Positions 50,889 to 58,330 of a stretch of 64,000 nt of DNA are shown one piece after another. Location of the stretch: NCBI GenBank assembly GCA_965230295.1, contig OZ246001.1:2432001-2496000 (forward strand). The letters run 5' to 3'. Source of the DNA: Marinicella sp. (lineage in GTDB: Bacteria; Pseudomonadota; Gammaproteobacteria; Xanthomonadales; Marinicellaceae). The notes beneath the pieces were generated by a model. It ran no database searches, was not told the origin of the DNA, and was given only the letters and a program-made list of their open reading frames with translations. Numbering within the stretch: the first letter of the stretch is position 1; each line of letters begins with the position of its first letter. The translations under genes and the position numbers were made by a program.

Positions 50889-52748
50889 TTACAATTGACA
50901 CGCACCTGCAAAATCGACCGGACCTGAGGTTAAGCGGGTCAGTGATTCTGTTCCTGAGCCATAGGCTGGTAACAATGAGTCATATGACAAAGTGGCATCT
51001 GTACAAGAGTTGAATTTAATTCGCACTTGGCCCCAATTAATTTGGGTGACATCGTCGGCATTGAAATCTTCACCAAAGATGGCACCTTCGGTTTGAAACA
51101 CTTCAACAATGGCTGTGTCATCGACCACAGGGCCTGCACCAGTTAACCAGATCTGTTGTCCTGAGCCATCGGCAGCATAGTGGTACCAAGAGATCACTGC
51201 TCGAGCACCCCCACTGCCATCTTGGGTGATTTCGATCACGAAGCCATGACCATCTCTGGTGGGGTTATACCAGGCACCGCTGTGTCCGCCATCAACTGCT
51301 CTTGAGAGCCTGATTTCTGCCACAGGACTACCAGGGATGCTGAAATCAGCGGCGGTTTCGTCAAAACTAATCCCTGGTCCGTTGGTTCCACCTAAAAACA
51401 CCTGTGGAGAGCCGTCCGGGTTGCCTTGTGAACCATTAAACCCGGGATGTAGTGCGATCAGGTCTGTCGTTGCTTCACCAGTGTCTGGTGCAGATTGGTT
51501 GAAAAATGCGGCATCAGATTCGGTATTCGCTTCGGTGCCTGCATCCCAAACATTGTTGCCATAAACTTTAACCCTGACTGGACCAGCAAATGAACCACTG
51601 TCATCAAAAATCGGGTAAGCCACAGGATTGTCATTGCCTATGAATGCATCATTGGAGGGCAGTAACATGGCTGCATATGACAAATATCGGTTGCTACCAG
51701 CATCCAGATAAACCATTTCAGTGGTGCTAAAACCAGGGTCAAACAACGGTGCGCCTGCAAACCCTTCAGGGTTCAGTACCACTTGATCCACACCAGCACC
51801 ACTGGTTTCAAAATCTTCGGTCAGTGCGCCAAAGTCACCGTCTTCTGCCATGCGTTCAATGCCTGTTGATGCGGTTTCACCGACATTGAAACTATCGAAA
51901 CTGCCGTCATGAAATCCCAACCATACAGGAGTTAAATAAACACCTCCGGCTGGAGCTTGATTTTTGACAGTCACTCGAACAGGAGTCTTGTTGTTTTGGA
52001 TGGTGACCCGCATGATGGGGACAATCCCCTGGGTAAAATCACCCTTGACAGCATCAATGGTGGTTCCCGGAGGTACAGTAGCACCCAAGATATTCACAGG
52101 TGTGGCAGCTGGATTACCAGCAGAGCCATTGAAACCCGGGTGTAATTCGATCACATCAGTGGTGGCTTCACCTGTATCAGGCGCCGTTTGATTCAAAAAA
52201 GCCGCATCAGTTTCGGTGTTGGCTTCAGTGCCGGCATCCAAAACTTCAGAGCCATAAACCACAAAAGAAATCGGACCGATGAACTCGCCTGAGTCATCAA
52301 ACAGCTGGTGTGCCGTTGGGTTACCATTGGCAATAAAGGCATCATTGGAAGGCAGGATCATGGCGCCGTAACTGAAATACTGATTGGTGCTTGGGTCTAA
52401 GTCAAACACTTCGTAACTGGCCATACCAGGATCAAATACAGGTGCACCTGCAAAACCTTCAGGGTTCAAAATCACCGCATCTTGACCACCGGCACTGGCA
52501 AAGTCGCTGATCAATGCAGCAAAGTCACCGTCTTCGGCAAACCGTTCGACGCCTTCTGATGCAGCTGCGCCTCGGTCATACAAATCAAAACTGCCATCAT
52601 GAAACCCCACCCATAGCGGGGTAAAATAAACCCCACCGGTGGGGCTCAGGTTTTCGACTTTGACTTTGACCTCAAAAGCCGAGGCCTGGGTGGCCAATAA
52701 AAATCCCGCTGGGATCAACAGCGAGCGTAAATGTTGTTTAATCTTCAT
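50889..52748 (-). CDS. Secreted protein with two tandem Spondin_N domains and a C-terminal beta domain
   Basis: GAGGAG RBS; duplicated TP.W.GFHDGSFD...AEDGDF...LPSNDAFI...DAGTEANTE; C-terminal SGAWYNPTRDGHGFVIE domain. Confidence 0.87.
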   Translation of the reverse strand: MKIKQHLRSLLIPAGFLLATQASAFEVKVKVENLSPTGGVYFTPLWVGFHDGSFDLYDRGAAASEGVERFAEDGDFAALISDFASAGGQDAVILNPEGFAGAPVFDPGMASYEVFDLDPSTNQYFSYGAMILPSNDAFIANGNPTAHQLFDDSGEFIGPISFVVYGSEVLDAGTEANTETDAAFLNQTAPDTGEATTDVIELHPGFNGSAGNPAATPVNILGATVPPGTTIDAVKGDFTQGIVPIMRVTIQNNKTPVRVTVKNQAPAGGVYLTPVWLGFHDGSFDSFNVGETASTGIERMAEDGDFGALTEDFETSGAGVDQVVLNPEGFAGAPLFDPGFSTTEMVYLDAGSNRYLSYAAMLLPSNDAFIGNDNPVAYPIFDDSGSFAGPVRVKVYGNNVWDAGTEANTESDAAFFNQSAPDTGEATTDLIALHPGFNGSQGNPDGSPQVFLGGTNGPGISFDETAADFSIPGSPVAEIRLSRAVDGGHSGAWYNPTRDGHGFVIEITQDGSGGARAVISWYHYAADGSGQQIWLTGAGPVVDDTAIVEVFQTEGAIFGEDFNADDVTQINWGQVRIKFNSCTDATLSYDSLLPAYGSGTESLTRLTSGPVDFAGACQL

Positions 52749-52798
52749 GGTTTACTCCTCATGTGTGTTTCAAATGAGCAGCCATTATGAATTTCAAT

Positions 52799-52827
52799 TC
52801 TCACAGAAATCTCACGGCTTCATGACA
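52799..52827 (-). promoter_or_regulatory. 11-bp-period direct repeats upstream of the spondin gene (OmpR-type boxes)
   Basis: TCTCACA-GAAA-TCTCACG-GCTT-CATGACA on the + strand. Confidence 0.45.
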
Positions 52828-52881
52828 AATTCCTAAAATGAGCCTTCTGTTTGTTTTGATAGACTACCTCGATTTGAATGG

Positions 52882-54006
52882 ATGAATTACAATGATGTGA
52901 TCATCTTTAGTGACATCAGCATGAATATTCATGATCAAAAACAACTGGAGCCTATAACAAAAGCACAAGCATCTGAGCAGGCACATACTTTGCCGGCGGC
53001 GGTCTACCAAGGTGGTTTTTACTCCGTTTTGGATAAAACCTGGGTGTTGCATCCTTCGTGGCAATTGGCAGCCCATGCAAGTCAATTGGCCAATGTTGGG
53101 GAATATGTGGTTCATGAGATTGCTGATCAGCCCGTTATTGTGGTCAATACAGGTCAAGGTATCAAAGCCTTTCACAACGTTTGTCGACATCGGGCTGGAC
53201 CATTGGCATTTGAAAATGGTTGTGGCAAAACATTGATGTGTAAATACCATGGTTGGAACTATCATTTGGATGGCCGGTTAAAAAGCGCCCCGGAAATGCA
53301 CACCACCCCAGGGTTTGACGTTTCACAATACCAGCTGCCAGAAATCAAAACGGCGATCTGGCAAGGACTGGTTTTTGTGGCTTTGAATGACCAGGTGCCA
53401 GCATTGGCAGATGTGGTCAGTGGTATTGAAGACACCATTGCGCCCATTGATATCAGCACCATGCGGTTTTATCGGCGGGATGAATTCACCTTGGGATGTA
53501 ATTGGAAAGTGTATGTGGAAAATTATTTGGAAGGGTACCATTTGCCTCATGTACATCCTGGATTAAATAAATTATTGGATTACAAAAGTTACCAAACTGA
53601 AACCAGTCAATGGCACTCATACCAATACAGTCCCTTGGATCAAAGTGAAGGCTTTTATGGTGAAGGACAGGCGCATTACTTCTTCCTGTACCCAAACACC
53701 ATGTTAAATGTGCTGCCTAATCGATTGCAAACCAATCAAGTCTTGCCAATGTCGAACAACCAATGCAAGGTGGTCTTTGACTATTACTACCCGGATCAAC
53801 CTGGCATTGAACACTTGATTGAACAAGATCAATCATTCAGTGATGAAGTGCAAGATGAAGACATCATGATTTGTGAAGCGGTCCAAAAAGGGTTGAATTC
53901 AGGTAGTTACCAAACAGGCAGGTTGTGTATGAAGCGTGAAACAGGTCTTTATCACTTCCAAGAGCTGATCAGAAAGGCTTACAGACAAGCCATCAAATCA
54001 ACATGA
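52882..54006 (+). CDS. Rieske non-heme iron oxygenase alpha subunit (choline monooxygenase-like)
   Basis: NVCRHR...CKYHGW, NWKVYVENYLEGYHLPHVHP, EDIMICEAVQKG; start may be 52921. Confidence 0.9.
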   Translation: MNYNDVIIFSDISMNIHDQKQLEPITKAQASEQAHTLPAAVYQGGFYSVLDKTWVLHPSWQLAAHASQLANVGEYVVHEIADQPVIVVNTGQGIKAFHNVCRHRAGPLAFENGCGKTLMCKYHGWNYHLDGRLKSAPEMHTTPGFDVSQYQLPEIKTAIWQGLVFVALNDQVPALADVVSGIEDTIAPIDISTMRFYRRDEFTLGCNWKVYVENYLEGYHLPHVHPGLNKLLDYKSYQTETSQWHSYQYSPLDQSEGFYGEGQAHYFFLYPNTMLNVLPNRLQTNQVLPMSNNQCKVVFDYYYPDQPGIEHLIEQDQSFSDEVQDEDIMICEAVQKGLNSGSYQTGRLCMKRETGLYHFQELIRKAYRQAIKST

Positions 54007-54497
54007 AAACCATTCAATTAATCAGGCACGCCAAGTCCAGTTGGGAATACTCGCATTTAAGCGACCGGAAGAGGCCTTTGAGTAACAGAGGAATGAAAGA
54101 CTACAGAATCATGGCAGAGGCGTTACAACATGCAGGGGTGGCATTCAATCACATATATTGTAGTGTTGCTCAACGAGCGCAACTCACCATACAGGGTTTG
54201 GCTGAGTGTTGGCAAGGTCGTTCTTTTGAATGGCAAGTGACTGATTCGATGTATGCGTTTTCAAGTTCACAAATTTGGCAGTTTACCAAGGGACTTGATG
54301 ATGACATAGATCAGGTTTGTTTGGTTGGTCACAACCCGGCCATGACTGATTTCATCAACCAAGCCTGTGCGGCTGAGCTTGAAAACTTCCCGACCTGTGC
54401 TTATGCCAAAATTGGGTTCCCTACAAATCTTTGGAGCGAGATTGATCAACAACAAGGTGAATTGATCGATTTATTGCGACCTAAAATGTTTAAATGA
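54003..54497 (+). CDS. SixA-like histidine phosphatase
   Basis: LIRHAKSSW, R.L..RG, LVGHNP. Confidence 0.87.
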   Translation: MKTIQLIRHAKSSWEYSHLSDRKRPLSNRGMKDYRIMAEALQHAGVAFNHIYCSVAQRAQLTIQGLAECWQGRSFEWQVTDSMYAFSSSQIWQFTKGLDDDIDQVCLVGHNPAMTDFINQACAAELENFPTCAYAKIGFPTNLWSEIDQQQGELIDLLRPKMFK

Positions 54498-54670
54498 GGA
54501 ATCATCGGGTAAGCTTGGTCACACCCTCATCATCGATATCATTGTTGATTTCATTTTGATGCCATTGTCACATGGCTCGGGAAAATATCATGCCAGTCGT
54601 GTGAAGCTGATCTCAATTACCGTGCCGGGGTTGTGCTAATATCAATGGTTTATATGATGAGGAAGGGCTC

Positions 54671-54892
54671 ATGTTGCGAATTATTATGTTGATTTTGGTG
54701 TCGTTCACCTTGTTCTCTTGTTCGTCTGATGATGGCAAAAACAATCAGCAAGCTGCGGTTGATAAAAAGAATAACAAAGAGCATATGCTCAGTGATCAGG
54801 AAAAACTGTTGGAAAAAGCCAGAAAAGCCGAGGAAGAAATAAAAAAAGCTGATGAGAAAAGGCGCAAAGCATTGGAAGACCAGGGCGGTTGA
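54671..54892 (+). CDS. Small lipoprotein
   Basis: Lipobox LFSC followed by a charged helical body. Confidence 0.75.
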   Translation: MLRIIMLILVSFTLFSCSSDDGKNNQQAAVDKKNNKEHMLSDQEKLLEKARKAEEEIKKADEKRRKALEDQGG

Positions 54893-55075
54893 CTGATTCG
54901 GATCAGTCATTCATTTTAGGTTCATATTACTGGGTTATTATTGATTGGTTCAATAAGGCGCTTTTACTGAATGTTGAGGGTCATTGAGTGAAGCCAATAA
55001 CAATAAGTGGCATGACTGCCAGTTGTGTAGAGTGACTAGACGACACATCAGTGGTGCCAAACTGTGGAGAATGTC

Positions 55076-55714
55076 ATGAATAAATTTATTGTACTCATTG
55101 TTTTACTCTGTTTTCTTTCAGTCGGATCTGCAAAAAAATTGGGTTTAAAATTCGATATCCATGGAAACTTGGTTGGGCCGGATGATTATTTGGTTCACAA
55201 AGCTTTGATCGATGATGAAGAAGGTTATAAAAATGATGCCATGTGGCGCTTCAAGGAAGCAGCAGAGTATGGCAATAAACATGGGCAATATTATGCTGGC
55301 TTGTTGTATTTACAAAAAGATGATTACATCAATGGCTATGCCTGGTTGAAATTAGCCGGTGATCAATTCATGAACAATGCCAATTTGTTACCTGGTGTTA
55401 CCCAGGAACTCAAGAAACGGCAGCAACTGGCCCAAGCTGATGAGGCACTGAATGACTTAAAGCAAGAAATCAATTTTGAATCCACCATTGCCAAAAGAAT
55501 TAACTGGTTTAAAAGGATCAAGTTTGGTGGCTCAAACATCGGTGGTCACATCCCTCTCTTTTGGGAAACCCGATTGTATGATGGATTTTCTTTCAATGGA
55601 CCCAGAATCAGGGGTTGGCAACTGCGGAAAGAAATCAATACTTTTTTGTTTGAATACCGCTACCAAAAAGGTGATGTCAGGTTGAAAGAAATAAAATTGG
55701 CAGAGAACATGTAA
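55076..55714 (+). CDS. Secreted Sel1-like repeat protein
   Basis: GGAG RBS, signal peptide, FKEAAEYGNKHGQYYAGLLY...GYAWLKLA. Confidence 0.75.
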   Translation: MNKFIVLIVLLCFLSVGSAKKLGLKFDIHGNLVGPDDYLVHKALIDDEEGYKNDAMWRFKEAAEYGNKHGQYYAGLLYLQKDDYINGYAWLKLAGDQFMNNANLLPGVTQELKKRQQLAQADEALNDLKQEINFESTIAKRINWFKRIKFGGSNIGGHIPLFWETRLYDGFSFNGPRIRGWQLRKEINTFLFEYRYQKGDVRLKEIKLAENM

Positions 55715-55860
55715 ATAAAAGGAATGTTCTTGGGGCTTCATTCTGGGAAATGGTCTGACAGGTCTTCATATTTGCTGCGCAAATAAACCGGCCTTTACAG
55801 ACTATTGTCTGAGCAGTTGCTTCGCACTGCATGTCTGTTCCTGACAAAAGTGAAAGCGAC

Positions 55861-55958
55861 TACTTACATGGATGTAAGTATGCAGCGATAGCAGGCAGGA
55901 ATTGTTCCCAACAATTCTCTGCATTCACCCCGTCCTGGGGATCGATGCGGTAGCTGCC
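55861..55958 (+). repeat. GGA-hairpin insert 1 inside copy C
   Basis: TACTTACA-TGGA-TGTAAGTA followed by TGCAGCGATAGC; absent from copy B. Confidence 0.6.
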
Positions 55959-56131
55959 GAGGCGAACATGACTTGCTACCTCGCACGCACTGCGGCATTC
56001 AAATCGGGCTTCTTTATCTTCGATAAAACCGCCCAACTTTCATTGCCTGTGCTATAACGCCATTCACATAAGGCTTCTTGACTGCGTCAAATCGCCATAT
56101 GCTCATTGGCTATTCTCTTCGCCTCTGATTG

Positions 56132-56237
56132 GCTTACATGGAAGTAAGTCCTCTGAGGAGGCAGGATGCCGGTATCAGAGGTGACTACATGGATGTAGGT
56201 CTGCCGCGATAGCGGCCGCAACATCAAAAGCTCACGG
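56132..56237 (+). repeat. GGA-hairpin insert 2 inside copy C
   Basis: GCTTAC-ATGGAA-GTAAGT, GGCA-GGA-TGCC, GACTACA-TGGA-TGTAGGTC then TGCCGCGATAGC; replaces a short hairpin loop of copy B. Confidence 0.6.
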
Positions 56238-56426
56238 CTAATCAATCATTACATCAAGGCTTCTTTGCTTTGCAAAATCGCCATGATTGCATGATTTGCC
56301 TAACCGGCTCGGCGGGTCAAGCTGCTCAGCAGCTTTCCAATGTCCTTGGGCATTCAACCGCCTGAAAAACCCTTGAGTCGTGACATCAGGAAGGCTAAAC
56401 TGATTGTTTTTTTTGGAAGCAATAAC

Positions 56427-56927
56427 ATGGCCACCATTAATTTCAAAGGCAACCCCATTCAAACCAATGGCAATTTCCCACAAGTAGGTACCCAAGCACC
56501 AGATTTACAACTGGTTTTGGCTGACTTGAGTGAAGCCACTTTGTCAGATTACGCTGGCAAGCAAATCATTCTCAATGTCTTTCCCAGTATTGATACAGCA
56601 GTGTGTGCCTTGCAGTTGAAAACATTCAGTCAGAAAGCAGCACAACGTGATGATGTGGTTTTGTTGTTTGCCTCTATGGATTTACCTTTTGCGTTGAATC
56701 GATTTTGTGCGGCAGAAGGTGTTGATAATGCTGTGACAGGTTCCGATTTCAGACACCAAAGTTTGGCACAAAATTATGGAGTCAAAATGACAGATGGGCC
56801 TTTGGCCGGATTGTATGCCCGAGCCACATTGGTGATGGATGCATCACACCAGGTGGTTTACAGTGAATTGGTCGAAGATGTGGTTAATGAACCCAATTAT
56901 GATGCAGCCATGGCGGCTTTGGGTTAA
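56427..56927 (+). CDS. tpx: Thiol peroxidase Tpx
   Basis: FPSIDTAVC, SMDLPFALNRFC.AEG, EPNYDAA; candidate promoter TTGAGT-N17-TAAACT at 56373-56401. Confidence 0.93.
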   Translation: MATINFKGNPIQTNGNFPQVGTQAPDLQLVLADLSEATLSDYAGKQIILNVFPSIDTAVCALQLKTFSQKAAQRDDVVLLFASMDLPFALNRFCAAEGVDNAVTGSDFRHQSLAQNYGVKMTDGPLAGLYARATLVMDASHQVVYSELVEDVVNEPNYDAAMAALG

Positions 56928-56942
56928 CTCATCCTGAAAGCA

Positions 56943-57536
56943 TCATATGAACCACTTGTCAGGCAAGTCAGGTGGTTGGTAATCAGCTAAATAGTCAACG
57001 GCATCTTCTGGGGTGCCGCTGATGTGGTACAACTGGCGGTATTCCGATTTGGCAAAATTTTCGCTGTAAATGTGCTCAAACATTTCAAACAATTTATCGT
57101 AATAGCCATCCGTGTTGAGAAACACAATCGGTTTTTCGTGGTAACCCAATTGTTTTAAGGTCATCACTTCCAACATTTCTTCCAGGGTGCCGAATCCACC
57201 TGCTAATCCGATAAAGGCATCGGCCAGATCAATCATCTTTGCTTTTCGCGTGTGCATGTCTGGTGTGATGATGAGTTCATCATCGATGGTATTGACCACC
57301 CCGTCGATACGCAAGGCTTCTGGGACCACGCCAACAGTTTTGCCTTGGTGGTTCTTGATTGACTTGGCCACTTGACCCATCAGGCCCACCATGCCACCAC
57401 CATAAACCAATTCCAAATTCTGGCTGGCCATGATAGCGCCGAGGTTCTCGGCGTGATCAAAATAAATCTTTTTGATGTGATCTGATGAGGAACAGTAGAC
57501 GGCGACTTTATGTATGTTTTTTGATAAATTGTTCAT
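56943..57536 (-). CDS. LOG-family (TIGR00730) nucleotide phosphoribohydrolase
   Basis: VYCSSS, LVYGGG.VGLMG, MHTRK, AGGFGTLEE. Confidence 0.9.
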   Translation of the reverse strand: MNNLSKNIHKVAVYCSSSDHIKKIYFDHAENLGAIMASQNLELVYGGGMVGLMGQVAKSIKNHQGKTVGVVPEALRIDGVVNTIDDELIITPDMHTRKAKMIDLADAFIGLAGGFGTLEEMLEVMTLKQLGYHEKPIVFLNTDGYYDKLFEMFEHIYSENFAKSEYRQLYHISGTPEDAVDYLADYQPPDLPDKWFI

Positions 57537-57553
57537 GTGTTTCGGGTTGTTTA

Positions 57554-58321
57554 TCAATCGGCTGTGGGATTGATGCGAAAGGTTTTGACGGTCACTGGCC
57601 ACCGCACTGATTTGGTTTCATCTTCACCCCACGCTTCACCCAGCTTCTCTAAAATCTGAATTCTGGGATCCTGGCCATGTTCTTCCATGTAACGTTGGGT
57701 GGCCGACCAGGTGCCTAAATAACCGACTAAATGTTTCAAAGTCCATTGTTTATTCATTTCACATTTAGGCGCTTTGATTGTTTCGAACGGGAATTCTATG
57801 CAGCCATAAGCCTGTTCAATGTGGCGTCGTTCCGGTGGCCAGAATTTGCCAATGATCTCATCATAATAATGTTGAATGACCGCATCAACTGCAGTTGAAA
57901 TGTGGTGGAGTTCATAACACCAAACTGCCAACACAGCATTGGGTTTGGCCACCCTTTTTACTTCTTGGAAGAAGGCCTTGAAATCAAACCAATGAAGCGC
58001 TTGTGCCACAGTGATCAAATCCACACTGTGGTCTTTCAAAGGACTTTGGTGGGCCAAAGCCACTTCATACTCTACCCGCGGATATATCATGGCCCGATAA
58101 ATTTGCGATTCACTGGCATCGGTGCCAATGACATAGGAAAAGTGATTGGTCAAGGCAACGGCTGCTTGGCCATTGCCTGTTGCACAATCCCAGGCCAGTG
58201 CTTGGTCTTCACACAATGAACTCAACCAGGCATATAATTCAGGAGGGTATTCAGGTCGATATACACTGTAATCCTCAGCTTGATTAGAAAAATGGTCTTT
58301 GAATAAAGCTTCGCTTGTCAT
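57554..58321 (-). CDS. Class I SAM-dependent methyltransferase
   Basis: YRPEYP, WDCATGNGQAA, DLITVAQALHWF. Confidence 0.9.
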   Translation of the reverse strand: MTSEALFKDHFSNQAEDYSVYRPEYPPELYAWLSSLCEDQALAWDCATGNGQAAVALTNHFSYVIGTDASESQIYRAMIYPRVEYEVALAHQSPLKDHSVDLITVAQALHWFDFKAFFQEVKRVAKPNAVLAVWCYELHHISTAVDAVIQHYYDEIIGKFWPPERRHIEQAYGCIEFPFETIKAPKCEMNKQWTLKHLVGYLGTWSATQRYMEEHGQDPRIQILEKLGEAWGEDETKSVRWPVTVKTFRINPTAD

Positions 58322-58330
58322 GGGTGGGTG

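Larger units (their letters stand above)
55709..56387 (-). ncRNA. Putative large structured ncRNA, copy C (four modules plus two inserts)
   Basis: Homologous to 43539-43889 at both ends and in the modules; module stems use G-U pairs only when read on the minus strand. Folded by eye. Confidence 0.68.
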
